Source: an uncultured Pseudomonadota bacterium (GTDB lineage: Bacteria; Oederibacteriota; Muellerivitia; Muellerivitales; Muellerivitaceae). From it: a DNA stretch of 64,000 bases. The translations under genes were made by a program, and so were the position numbers. The stretch covers positions 13,710 through 77,709 of the forward strand of contig CAWJKT010000029.1 of the NCBI GenBank assembly GCA_963843375.1, read 5' to 3'. Shown piece after piece: positions 1-9,722 of the stretch (positions are counted from its first letter, which is position 1; each line of letters opens with the position of its first letter). The notes beneath the pieces were generated by a model. It worked only from the letters and a program-made list of their open reading frames with translations. It searched no databases and had not been told where the DNA came from.

Positions 1-174
1 CACCACATCCAGCCCTTCGGCTTTCTTTGCTCGCGCGGCTTCCAGCATCGAAAAGGTTTTCCCCACGCCCGGAGAGGCGCCGAAAAAAATCTTTAGCTTA
101 CCCCGTTTTTCCTGGGCCGCTTCCATTTGGACGCGATTGAGAAGCTGGTCGGGATCGGGTCGCTTGTCGTTCAT
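1..174 (-). CDS. kdpD: Sensor histidine kinase KdpD, N-terminal part (runs off the window)
   Basis: Not in the ORF track. The reverse strand reads MNDKRPDPDQLLNRVQMEAAQEKRGKLKIFFGASPGVGKTFSMLEAARAKKAEGLDVV, the KdpD N-terminus with its Walker A motif. Confidence 0.93.
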   Translation of the reverse strand, partial: MNDKRPDPDQLLNRVQMEAAQEKRGKLKIFFGASPGVGKTFSMLEAARAKKAEGLDVV

Positions 175-425
175 GAATGGATTTTACGGCCCGGCGAGGG
201 GGACTGTCCATGAAAGGGGTCATAAAATCTCTTTATTTTAATTTTTCCCATATGCCCCAGGTTTCCTTTTAACAGCATTCATATTGGGTTTCTCCGTATC
301 TTTTGAATACCGAACGCTCATGACGCAAGTCCTATCGCGTAATTAAAAGATCACAAAAATGATCTAGGGCTTAAGGGAGTGGTCAAAAAATATCCGTGGG
401 TAGGGGATATTGAGAGAGGTGAGCC

Positions 426-683
426 ATGAAAAAAATTGAGGCCATTCTGCGGCCGGCTGGGTTCGGCGAAATGGAGAGAATATTGAAAGGGTTCGGCTAT
501 CCGGGGATCGTTCCCGCAACCGCCCAAGAGTATGAAAAATCCAAAAGCATTTCCTGGAGTTGGGGTCCATTGGATTTTAAGGTGGAATTCCTCCCGGATT
601 TGAAGCTGGAAATATGGGGTCCGGACATGTTCGTGGATAAAATTTCCAAGGCGATGGCTCAACAACCCAGAACCGCGGCTTAA
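426..683 (+). CDS. Truncated, divergent PII-like protein (85 aa)
   Basis: MKKIEAILRP...GYPG...KVEFLPDLKLEI matches the PII N-terminal two thirds; the GDGKIF and RxRTG motifs are absent. RBS GAGAGG. Confidence 0.75.
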   Translation: MKKIEAILRPAGFGEMERILKGFGYPGIVPATAQEYEKSKSISWSWGPLDFKVEFLPDLKLEIWGPDMFVDKISKAMAQQPRTAA

Positions 684-856
684 AAACCATTGATATTAAT
701 CTTTCCCATATAGCTTGGGATTCCCTCTTAATAGCATCCATATCCGGTTTCGTCATATCTTTTCTTTGAAGAGAAAAAGATATGCCTGTGGATGACATGG
801 GTCATAAGTGGATTTTGAAGAAGGGGCGATCATTATATCGCCCGAAGGAGGATGCC

Positions 857-1003
857 ATGACAAGGATATTGTTTCTGTTGAGTCCGGTCATTTTCGGCGG
901 GCTGTGTCTTTTGATCGGGGAAACGTTCAGCTGGTTGAAACAAAAACGGGGAGAATCGGGTTTGACGAAAATGACGATTGTGTCTAACACGAGGAGGAAA
1001 TAA
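857..1003 (+). CDS. Small single-TM peptide (48 aa)
   Basis: AAGGAGG RBS, then MTRILFLLSPVIFGGLCLLIGETFSWLKQK... Confidence 0.55.
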   Translation: MTRILFLLSPVIFGGLCLLIGETFSWLKQKRGESGLTKMTIVSNTRRK

Positions 1004-1005
1004 TC

Positions 1006-1104
1006 ATGTTGGAATTTTGGTGTGTAGCTTTGTTCCTGGCCTTGTCCGTTATAACGGTTGGTTTGATCGGCCTGTTGGACAAGATGATGGGAGGGGAACC
1101 ATGA
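1006..1104 (+). CDS. Small single-TM peptide (32 aa), coupled to kdpF
   Basis: AGGAGG RBS, then MLEFWCVALFLALSVITVGLIGLLDKMMGGEP; the stop overlaps the kdpF start (ATGA). Confidence 0.7.
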   Translation: MLEFWCVALFLALSVITVGLIGLLDKMMGGEP

Positions 1105-1190
1105 GCGCGGTTTACTTGATCAGCGCGGTCGTCTCGGGGGGGCTTCTGGTTTACCTGGTAATTGCTTTGTTGAAGCCGGAGTGGTTTTAA
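1101..1190 (+). CDS. kdpF: K+-transporting ATPase subunit F
   Basis: MSAVYLISAVVSGGLLVYLVIALLKPEWF carries the YLxxALxxPExF signature and lies directly before kdpA. Confidence 0.92.
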   Translation: MSAVYLISAVVSGGLLVYLVIALLKPEWF

Positions 1191-1250
1191 ATTTCTTTCG
1201 TCCGCCGGCAGCCGTTAACTTGTTAGACAAAGATTTTAGGAGATACATAA

Positions 1251-3044
1251 ATGACGACCAATCAATGGCTTCAGATCGCGGCGTATTTCGTGGTCCTTTT
1301 GGTTTTGTCGATACCCTTAGGCACTTACATGGCAAAGGTTTACGAAAATAAGCCATTTTTCCTGGAGAAGCTGTTCGGATGGCTTGAAAAATTAATTTAT
1401 AAAATTGCGGGCGTCCAACCAGACAAGGAAATGGATTGGAAAGGGTATGCCCTAGCGATGCTTCTTTTTAATATCGTGGGGGGATTAATCCTTTACGCGA
1501 TCCAACGGTTCCAGGCCTCCATGCCCCTGAACCCAGCCGGTCAAAGCGCGGTGCCGCCGGACTTGGCCTTCAATACCGCCATCAGCTTCATCACTAACAC
1601 CAATTGGCAGTTTTATGGCGGTGAAACCACCATGAGCTATTTCACCCAGATGGCGGGATTGGCGGTTCATAATTTTCTTTGTGCCGCATCGGGTATGGCA
1701 ACCTTGGTGGCCCTTATTCGGGGCATTGTCCGAAAAGAATCGAAATTTCTTGGGAATTTTTGGGCCGATATGACCCGGGGAACCCTTTATATCCTCTTGC
1801 CCTTGAGCATTCTCTTTACCCTGGTCCTCATCCAGCAGGGGTCTCCTCAAACCTTCGCCAACACCGCCACCGCCACCTTGGTCCAGCCAACTTCCTATGA
1901 CCAGCCGGTAACGAATGCCCAGGGTGCGCCCGTGACGGGCAAGGACGGCAAGCCGGAAATGACGCATGTGGTTGTCACGGAACAACCTATTTCCCTGGGG
2001 CCAGTGGCTTCCCAGGAAGCCATCAAGATGCTCGGAACCAATGGGGGCGGTTATTTCAACGTGAACTCCGCCCATCCTTATGAAAACCCCACTCCTCTCA
2101 CCGACTTTTTGGAACTATTGGCGATTCTTTGGATTCCCGCTGCATTGTGCTTCACCTTTGGAGCTATGGCGAAAGATATGCGGCAGGGCTGGTGCATCCT
2201 GGCGGCCATGTTCCTGCTCTTGGCGCCCATGCTTTATCTTTGCGGCCAGCAGGAACAATCGGGTAACCCTCTTTTAAATAAGATCACCGCAGGCGCCCAT
2301 GGCGAGGTTCTCTCCGATGGTAATATGGAGGGGAAGGAAGTGCGTTTTGGAATTGTCAACTCGGCTCTATGGGCCACAGTGACTACCGCTGCTTCCAACG
2401 GATCGGTCAATAGTATGCATGATTCTTTCACTCCTCTGGGCGGAATGGTTCCCATGTGGATGATCATGCTGGGAGAGGTTTCCTTCGGTGGTGTCGGCTC
2501 GGGACTTTACGGCATGTTGGCTTTCGTCATTTTGGCGGTTTTCGTGGCAGGACTAATGGTTGGACGCACGCCTGAGTATTTGGGGAAGAAGATCCAAACC
2601 TACGAAATGAAGATGGCCTCTATTATGATCCTGATTCCGCCTCTTCTGGTTTTGATTTGTACGGCGGTGGCGGTGGCCTCGGGCGGGGCGGGCACCAACA
2701 ATCCAGGGGCCCATGGTTTTTCAGAGCTTTTATACGCCTTTGATTCTATGTCCAACAATAACGGCAGCGCATTCGCGGGGCTTTCAACCAACACTCTTTA
2801 CAATCTCATGGGCGGAACGGCGATGTTTTTGGGTCGTTTCTGGCTGGCCATTCCAGTTTTGGCCATGGCGGGAAGTTTGGCAAAAAAGAAGGCCGTTCCC
2901 GAGAGCGCGGGAACCCTTCCGACCCACACGGTCCTTTTTACCATCATGCTGATTTCCACGATCATCATTGTCGGCGCTCTTACTTTCTTTCCAGCCTTGG
3001 CTTTGGGTCCTATTGTGGAGCACTTAAAAATGGTCCACATGTGA
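1251..3044 (+). CDS. kdpA: K+-transporting ATPase subunit A
   Basis: Filter motifs TNTNWQ, GTNGGG, SNGS and [18 protein letters not shown]. Confidence 0.98.
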   Translation: MTTNQWLQIAAYFVVLLVLSIPLGTYMAKVYENKPFFLEKLFGWLEKLIYKIAGVQPDKEMDWKGYALAMLLFNIVGGLILYAIQRFQASMPLNPAGQSAVPPDLAFNTAISFITNTNWQFYGGETTMSYFTQMAGLAVHNFLCAASGMATLVALIRGIVRKESKFLGNFWADMTRGTLYILLPLSILFTLVLIQQGSPQTFANTATATLVQPTSYDQPVTNAQGAPVTGKDGKPEMTHVVVTEQPISLGPVASQEAIKMLGTNGGGYFNVNSAHPYENPTPLTDFLELLAILWIPAALCFTFGAMAKDMRQGWCILAAMFLLLAPMLYLCGQQEQSGNPLLNKITAGAHGEVLSDGNMEGKEVRFGIVNSALWATVTTAASNGSVNSMHDSFTPLGGMVPMWMIMLGEVSFGGVGSGLYGMLAFVILAVFVAGLMVGRTPEYLGKKIQTYEMKMASIMILIPPLLVLICTAVAVASGGAGTNNPGAHGFSELLYAFDSMSNNNGSAFAGLSTNTLYNLMGGTAMFLGRFWLAIPVLAMAGSLAKKKAVPESAGTLPTHTVLFTIMLISTIIIVGALTFFPALALGPIVEHLKMVHM

Positions 3045-3186
3045 CGGTTTGAAGATGAAAAAAACAAGAAAGACCAGGAGCGACAGCGTTAAAAGAAGAA
3101 AAAAAGAAATCAAGAAGCAGGGCAGAAAAAAAATAAAAAAAGATTCCAACCCGGGCCTTTGGGCCCCTCCAAAAGAGGTATTGAAA

Positions 3187-5262
3187 ATGACATCTGAAAA
3201 AATCAAAGAACGGAAATTGTTCGAAGGCGAGATCACCCGCAAGGCGATCCTTGAGGCCTTCAAAAAGCTGAACCCGGGGCACATGATCAAAAACCCCGTC
3301 ATGTTCACGGTTTACGTGGGCAGCATTCTGACGACCGGTCTTTGGTTACAGGCTCTTACGGGTAAAGGGGAAGCGGGTCCGGGTTTCATCTTCGCGGTTT
3401 CGCTTTGGTTGTGGTTTACTGTGCTTTTCGCCAATTTTGCAGAGGCTATGGCCGAGGGCCGGGGCAAGGCTCAAGCCGATACCTTGCGCAAATCCCGCCA
3501 GGAAGTGAAGGCGAAGAAACTATCCAAAGCCGACAGGGATTCCAAACAAACCGAGGTCTTATCCGGTGACCTTCGCAAAGACGATCTCGTACTGGTGGAA
3601 TCGGGCGATTTCATACCCGCCGACGGCGAAGCCCTGGTGGGTATCGCCATGGTGGATGAGAGCGCTATTACGGGGGAGTCGGCGCCCGTGGTTCGCGAAT
3701 CGGGCGGAGACCGCAGCGCTGTTACCGGTGGAACAAGGGTTATTTCCGATTGGCTTGTCATCAGGGTTTCCTCCAACCCAGGTGAGTCCTTCCTGGACCG
3801 TATGATATCCATGGTGGAAGGCGCCAAACGGCAAAAGACTCCCAACGAGATCGCCCTCAATATATTACTAGCGGCTTTAACCATTGTTTTTCTCATCGTC
3901 TGCGCGACCCTGCTTCCTTTTTCTCTCTATAGCGTAATGGCATCGGGAGCCGGCAAGGCCGTGACGGTCACGGTGCTGGCCGCTTTATTTGTTTGTCTGG
4001 CCCCCACCACCATCGGCGGGCTCCTGTCAGCCATCGGCATCGCAGGAATGGACCGCATGATCCAGGCCAATGTCATTGCAATGTCGGGAAGGGCGGTGGA
4101 GGCGGCGGGAGACGTGGACATGCTCCTTTTGGACAAGACCGGAACCATCACCCTGGGCAACCGCCAAGCTACTGAATTCATCCCCGCCTCGGATGTAGAT
4201 ATCAAGGAATTAGCCGAAGCGGCTCAATTGTCCTCCCTCGCGGATGAGACCCCGGAGGGACGCAGTATTGTGGTGCTGGCCAAGGAAAAGTACGGCCTGC
4301 GGGGCAGTTTAATCCACAACCTTAACGCGACTTTTGTGTCCTTTACGGCTCAAACCCGCATGAGCGGGGTGGACATGGGGAAGCGGTCCATTCGAAAAGG
4401 GGCGGCTGAATCTATTGAGGAGTACGTGAAAGATCAGGGGGGCAAATATCCGGAGGATGTGCGGCGAGGGGTGGATTCCATTTCCCGCCTGGGTGGTACG
4501 CCTTTGGTGGTAGCCGAGGGAAAAAAGGTTCTCGGGGTCATTCATTTGAAGGATATCGTAAAGGGCGGCATCCAGGAGCGTTTCGCCGAACTGCGTCGAA
4601 TGGGCATCAAGACCGTCATGATAACGGGAGACAATCCCTTGACGGCTGCCGCCATCGCGGCGGAAGCCGGGGTGGACGACTTTTTGGCGCAAGCCACTCC
4701 TGAAACGAAACTCAAGCTTATCCGGGAATCCCAAGCGGGAGGGCGGCTAGTCGCCATGGCAGGGGACGGCACCAACGACGCCCCAGCTTTGGCTCAAGCG
4801 GACGTGGCAGTGGCCATGAATACCGGCACCCAGGCCGCCAAGGAAGCGGGAAACATGGTGGATTTGGATTCTAACCCCACCAAATTGATTGAGGTTGTCA
4901 AAATCGGGAAACAGCTTTTAATGACCCGGGGATCCTTGACGACCTTCTCCATCGCCAATGACGTGGCAAAATATTTCGCCATTATCCCGGCGGCATTTGC
5001 TGTCACTTACCCGGAACTCAATGCCTTGAATATCATGCGGTTGGCCACGCCCCAATCGGCCATCCTTTCGGCTGTTATTTTCAACGCACTCATTATCGTG
5101 TTCTTGGTGCCTTTGGCCCTGAAAGGGGTCAAGTACCGGCCCGCTTCAGCTTCCAAGTTATTACAGGATAACTTTCTGATTTATGGAGTCGGAGGTCTCA
5201 TCGTTCCATTCGTTGGCATCAAGCTGATCGATATGATCCTGGTGGGTTTGGGGCTTGTTTAA
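3187..5262 (+). CDS. kdpB: K+-transporting ATPase subunit B (the ORF is open back to 3049)
   Basis: KNPVMF, TGES, DKTGT and GDGTND motifs; GAGGT RBS before ATG 3187. Confidence 0.97.
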   Translation: MTSEKIKERKLFEGEITRKAILEAFKKLNPGHMIKNPVMFTVYVGSILTTGLWLQALTGKGEAGPGFIFAVSLWLWFTVLFANFAEAMAEGRGKAQADTLRKSRQEVKAKKLSKADRDSKQTEVLSGDLRKDDLVLVESGDFIPADGEALVGIAMVDESAITGESAPVVRESGGDRSAVTGGTRVISDWLVIRVSSNPGESFLDRMISMVEGAKRQKTPNEIALNILLAALTIVFLIVCATLLPFSLYSVMASGAGKAVTVTVLAALFVCLAPTTIGGLLSAIGIAGMDRMIQANVIAMSGRAVEAAGDVDMLLLDKTGTITLGNRQATEFIPASDVDIKELAEAAQLSSLADETPEGRSIVVLAKEKYGLRGSLIHNLNATFVSFTAQTRMSGVDMGKRSIRKGAAESIEEYVKDQGGKYPEDVRRGVDSISRLGGTPLVVAEGKKVLGVIHLKDIVKGGIQERFAELRRMGIKTVMITGDNPLTAAAIAAEAGVDDFLAQATPETKLKLIRESQAGGRLVAMAGDGTNDAPALAQADVAVAMNTGTQAAKEAGNMVDLDSNPTKLIEVVKIGKQLLMTRGSLTTFSIANDVAKYFAIIPAAFAVTYPELNALNIMRLATPQSAILSAVIFNALIIVFLVPLALKGVKYRPASASKLLQDNFLIYGVGGLIVPFVGIKLIDMILVGLGLV

Positions 5263-5322
5263 TTCAGTTAAGTTTCAGCCGGCGGCTGAGGGCCTACGGC
5301 TAGATTTATTCGGAGGTTTCTC

Positions 5323-5910
5323 ATGATGAATGAAATCGCGGTTCAATTGCGGAATTCATTTGTTTTCGTCGTGCTTTTCACGTTTTTGGTGGGGCTTCTC
5401 TATCCAGGGGCGATGACTTTAGTAGGACATGTATTGTTTCCCCGTCAGGCCTCAGGGAGCCTGATTACGGTGAATGGAAAAACAATGGGCTCGGAATTGA
5501 TCGGCCAGCCTTTTGACGACGTCAAATATTTTTGGAGCAGGCCCAGCGCGACCTCGCCCCAAGCCTATAATGCCGCTAATTCCAGCGGCTCCAACTTGGG
5601 GCCCACCAATCCCGATTTCATCACTTCAGTGAAAGGGAGGGTTGACACGCTGCGGAAGGCCGATCCGGACAAGGCGGAGGCTCCCGTTCCCATGGACCTC
5701 GTGACGGCTTCCGGATCCGGCCTGGATCCGCATATCAGCCCGGCAGCGGCCGAATACCAGGTGTCCCGCGTGGCGAAGGCCCGGAACCTCGCCCCCGCCA
5801 AGGTTGAAGAATTAATCGCGCAGAACACCGATGGGCGTTGGCTTGGCTTTATTGGGGACCCGGGTGTGAATGTGTTGAAATTAAATCTTGCGCTGGATTC
5901 CATCAAATAA
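5323..5910 (+). CDS. kdpC: K+-transporting ATPase subunit C
   Basis: [27 protein letters not shown] and [11 protein letters not shown] motifs. Confidence 0.97.
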   Translation: MMNEIAVQLRNSFVFVVLFTFLVGLLYPGAMTLVGHVLFPRQASGSLITVNGKTMGSELIGQPFDDVKYFWSRPSATSPQAYNAANSSGSNLGPTNPDFITSVKGRVDTLRKADPDKAEAPVPMDLVTASGSGLDPHISPAAAEYQVSRVAKARNLAPAKVEELIAQNTDGRWLGFIGDPGVNVLKLNLALDSIK

Positions 5911-6119
5911 GTGATTTAACCGTGAGAAATTTGGGGTATCGGAGATCCGGTACTTATAGGATTTAAGATTGATTGCGTTGTTTTAAGTTTAAAGGCACCT
6001 CAGGTTACCGTTAAAACCGCTTATTTTAATTATTTTTTGATACTTCCAAGGTCTTTCCTTAGGGAATTTTAATCTCGATTCGTCCTAGACTTGCGTGTTT
6101 TTACTTTTAGGAGGGCAAA

Positions 6120-6197
6120 ATGGATTCAGGCATATGGTCATTAGTGGTTCTTGGGGTTATGGTTTTGATGAGCGTGGTTTATTTGAAAGATTATTGA
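6120..6197 (+). CDS. Putative 25-aa membrane micropeptide
   Basis: AGGAGG RBS, MDSGIWSLVVLGVMVLMSVVYLKDY, terminator immediately after the stop. Confidence 0.55.
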   Translation: MDSGIWSLVVLGVMVLMSVVYLKDY

Positions 6198-6210
6198 GAA
6201 AAGATTTCGG

Positions 6211-6245
6211 AAAAGCCCTCCACCGGCGGTGGGGGGCTTTTTTTA
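6211..6245 (+). terminator. Intrinsic terminator
   Basis: AAAGCCCTCCACC-loop-GGTGGGGGGCTTT followed by a T tract. Confidence 0.8.
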
Positions 6246-6413
6246 TTTTAGCCCTGCCTAGAATAATCATTATTGAAATTTAGATAAAACCTTGGCCCTT
6301 CAGGCAAAAGCTTTTGATTGTCCGGGGGTTTTGAGCCTGCCAACATTAATCTTCGCAACTATAACTTAGACATAACATCTCAAGGATCAGGTCTTTTCGG
6401 CTCCGTTTTTTAT

Positions 6414-7061
6414 TCAGGGGGGAGCCGTGAATCCGTTCGCGGAACCTTTGCGTTGGCGTTTGAATGTGGGCGTGGGGGTGTTCTCGCCTATGGCAGGCGC
6501 GTTCACGTCCCATTGGACATCATCCTTGTTGCGCCAATAGTCCTCATTGATCTCGGCGAAGGTTTTTCCAGAAGCCCGCCGTTGAATGATGTCTTTCGGA
6601 TCGCGCCCGTAATATTCGGACAGGAATTTCAAATTGGCTAAATTGATCAAATCCGCATCGGTCATGTTGAAGGGGTTTTGCCGGTTTTTGTATTCCCCAT
6701 AAACCTTTTCAAAAGGCGTGTGGCTTGTGTCAAAGGTAAGGTAAGTATAAAAAACCAAGGGATTTAAACGGAAATGATAAGCCACCTGCATCCAGTTCAA
6801 GCCGCTGGAATGGACATTCGTTACCGATTCGGGTCCCAGGTTGTTTCTTTGGGCCATGAAAAAAACAACCGGAAGTTCCTCATCCGTTATGCCGGTGGTC
6901 TTGGCATCGGCTACCTGTTGTTCCGAAACCTTGAAATAATCCTGAAGGGCTAAATGGTAGTTGTCGCCCTCCGCCATAGCCTTTACCGAAAATCCCACTG
7001 TCGCCAAAAGAATTAAGATAAAAAGCCTTATTCGTCGGGTGTTCGATAGGTTCATTTTCAT
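6414..7061 (-). CDS. Secreted hypothetical protein
   Basis: Sec signal peptide (AMA cleavage), 215 aa, no family recognised. Confidence 0.75.
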   Translation of the reverse strand: MKMNLSNTRRIRLFILILLATVGFSVKAMAEGDNYHLALQDYFKVSEQQVADAKTTGITDEELPVVFFMAQRNNLGPESVTNVHSSGLNWMQVAYHFRLNPLVFYTYLTFDTSHTPFEKVYGEYKNRQNPFNMTDADLINLANLKFLSEYYGRDPKDIIQRRASGKTFAEINEDYWRNKDDVQWDVNAPAIGENTPTPTFKRQRKGSANGFTAPP

Positions 7062-7604
7062 CTGGATTTAGAGCTCCTTTGGCCGATGCCATGGATTTAA
7101 TGTTTTTGGTAATCGGCACAAGGCTCAAAATATAACCTAGTTCACGAGGTCTTGTCTATTCCGTAAAAGCTCTCGATGGTTTGTATTTCTTGGTTTCTTC
7201 CCGAAGAAAGTTTTCAAAATCATTTGCCAATTGGATAGAAAAAAACAAAAGGTGAACCGGTAGATAATTTAAAACGCTGAGCCAATGGGCGGATTTAAAA
7301 ATGAATTAGAACAACTTCTTCTTAATAAAATAACAACAATTTAATGTGGCCATCCTGACAAATTAAAAATGCCGATAGGTTTTGTTGTTGGTCTGCGCGC
7401 GGGCCCTCCGGAGTTTTCAAAAAAAAATAAATTGAAAATTAATTTCAAAAACAACCTCGTTAGTTTGCCGTTAGTTTTTTTATTTTTATTGTTAGTAAGT
7501 TGTTATGAAATGTTGGAAAGAACAATTTAGGTCAGACGCACACAAATTTGTGTTTTCAAATTTAAATTTGTGATTGTTTTTGATGGATTAGCTCCTTGTT
7601 AGGA

Positions 7605-7621
7605 TTGGCATGAGTGTTGCT
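7605..7621 (+). promoter_or_regulatory. sigma54 -24/-12 promoter of porin 1
   Basis: TTGGCATGAGTGTTGCT fits TGGC-N7-TTGC. Confidence 0.8.
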
Positions 7622-7810
7622 TTTGTGTTAGGTGCATATAGGTTCCGGGCGGAAGAAATTCAAGCCCCGGATGGAGGGAAGAGACGAGTTGAGAATCAAA
7701 GGCTGAAAAAGGAGGGAGGCGCTTTCCTGGCGGGTCGGGATCAACTGATCTAAAAGGGGGCGGGTTCCTCAAAATTTAACCCTGGAAATTGGGGAAAGGT
7801 GGGTGTTTTT

Positions 7811-9463
7811 ATGAGGTCGAGTAAGATTAAAAAAAGGATGGGCCAAGGAATTTCGCTGTTCTTTTTCTTGGCAGTAGCCCTATTCGGAGCCGGGGGGAGA
7901 GCCTGGGCGGATGATGCCGCTGCCGCAACCACGCCCGCAGCCACGCCTGCGGCGACGGCAGCACCCACTTCATTGATGGGCTTCATGAATTATGCGGACT
8001 TCACTTGGGTGAATGGTAACACCCACGAGGTGGACTTCCCCTTGGCGGGGAAAGTTTGGTCACCGGAGTTCCTTTTCGACACAAACTACGCCTACGATTT
8101 CGCTCGTCCAAACGACCATGTGATTTCGGGATCCACTTGCACCAACATCAGCAATCAGGTGGTCTTGGAGCATTTGGGATTTGGAGGTGACGCATGGCTT
8201 GACAACGTCCATTTGCGTATTATGACCGAATTCGGCATGTACGCCACGGAGGTGCCAAGGGACGACGAGACCCCGGCCAGGGGCTCTTGGGCTGTCGTGC
8301 CGGGAGTCCAGTATCTTACTGAGGCTTACGGCGGTTACCACTTTGATATCGCTGGCACGGATGGCATCAACATCGATTTCGGCCAGTTTCCGTCCTATGT
8401 CGGCCTTTACAGCTTCTATGACTCGGAAAACTGGACCTATCAGGCCTCTTACGTGTCATCCAACACTCCCTGGTTCTTTACGGGGGAACGCACCCAGATA
8501 TTCCCGAATGACAGATTTAAAATCGAGCTTTGGCTTATCAACGGCTGGCAGACTTACAACGAATTCGATGAGGGGTTGGGAAATGTGGGCCTCAATTTCG
8601 GCTGTGAACTCCGTGGCGCGCCGAATCCGAACCTGGTCTTGATTTCCAACGATTACATTGGTCCGGACAATCCCGATTCGCCGCAATGTATCAAGTCCCA
8701 CACGGACGACAGCATTGTGTGCAAATATTTCGATGACCCGAAATCAGGCGGTCTGGACAAGATGGCCTTCTCCTTGACTTGCGACGCGGGTATGCAACAA
8801 GGGCCTTTGTATGTGGGAGGGTCACCCACCAGTCCTGCAGCCATATATGACAGCGAAAGCACGGTATATGGTAACGGTCCTTCGGACATAGGAATTGGGG
8901 AAAATGGCAACCCGACGGGTTATGGGCCCATTAATGCGCCGGCCTATACCGTCAACAGCGCGTACGTTACCGTTGGTCCCGGAAACAAACCCGGACAATA
9001 CGCGGAATATTTCCTTGGAACCATGGCATACGACCGCATGTGGTTCGCCCACGATACCATCGCCATTACACTTGGCGGCGGTTGGATGACGAATCCCGGA
9101 CGTTACTTGGCTCTGCTTCCGGATATCGACGGGGATACGGCCGCTCAATACGGTGGTGATCCTATCGCCACAGCCGCGTTCAACGAAGAACCTGGGCTTC
9201 CTTGGACCTGCTGGGATTACGACATCAGTCTTCAAATTATGTCCAACGAATATATCACCTGGGATTTCGAATATACCCATCGCAACTCCAGCGTGCCTTA
9301 CTTCGTCGGTCCGGGTGGCGTCACTTCCTCCGACGGGTGGACGGCGGGAGCGGCTACGGGATCAACCCAAGCCAACGGGGGTGGCGGTGCCTTTACTTCT
9401 TATCATCCGGATCTCGTGAACTATGAGGACATCCTTGTGGGTGCGGTGATGATCCACATCTAA
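7811..9463 (+). CDS. Outer-membrane beta-barrel protein (BBP2/DUF1597-like), copy 1
   Basis: Signal peptide; family-type motifs EAYGGYHF, FPSYVGLYS, NWTYQASYVSSNTPWFF and LWLINGWQ. Confidence 0.8.
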   Translation: MRSSKIKKRMGQGISLFFFLAVALFGAGGRAWADDAAAATTPAATPAATAAPTSLMGFMNYADFTWVNGNTHEVDFPLAGKVWSPEFLFDTNYAYDFARPNDHVISGSTCTNISNQVVLEHLGFGGDAWLDNVHLRIMTEFGMYATEVPRDDETPARGSWAVVPGVQYLTEAYGGYHFDIAGTDGINIDFGQFPSYVGLYSFYDSENWTYQASYVSSNTPWFFTGERTQIFPNDRFKIELWLINGWQTYNEFDEGLGNVGLNFGCELRGAPNPNLVLISNDYIGPDNPDSPQCIKSHTDDSIVCKYFDDPKSGGLDKMAFSLTCDAGMQQGPLYVGGSPTSPAAIYDSESTVYGNGPSDIGIGENGNPTGYGPINAPAYTVNSAYVTVGPGNKPGQYAEYFLGTMAYDRMWFAHDTIAITLGGGWMTNPGRYLALLPDIDGDTAAQYGGDPIATAAFNEEPGLPWTCWDYDISLQIMSNEYITWDFEYTHRNSSVPYFVGPGGVTSSDGWTAGAATGSTQANGGGGAFTSYHPDLVNYEDILVGAVMIHI

Positions 9464-9570
9464 AGTGAAGGTGGGAAAGAAGTTTTAAAAAGAGAGTGAA
9501 CGTGAAGCGCCGGGCCGGATTTCAGGGATTCGGCCCGACGCCCTCTCCTCCAAGTTGATCGGCAGGAACG

Positions 9571-9604
9571 GGGACGGTTCTTCGGAACCGTCCCTTTCCT
9601 TTTT
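9571..9604 (+). terminator. Intrinsic terminator with UUCG loop
   Basis: GGGACGGTTC-TTCG-GAACCGTCCC then Ts. Confidence 0.85.
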
Positions 9605-9722
9605 GGGGGCGGTTATGAAGGGAACAAACCCTGAATCAAGGTCCAATAAGATTTTTTAAATTTCTTGTTTTTAAATTGCAGAACGATTTTTCAAGTACTC
9701 GGTTATCCAACAGGAATGAACG

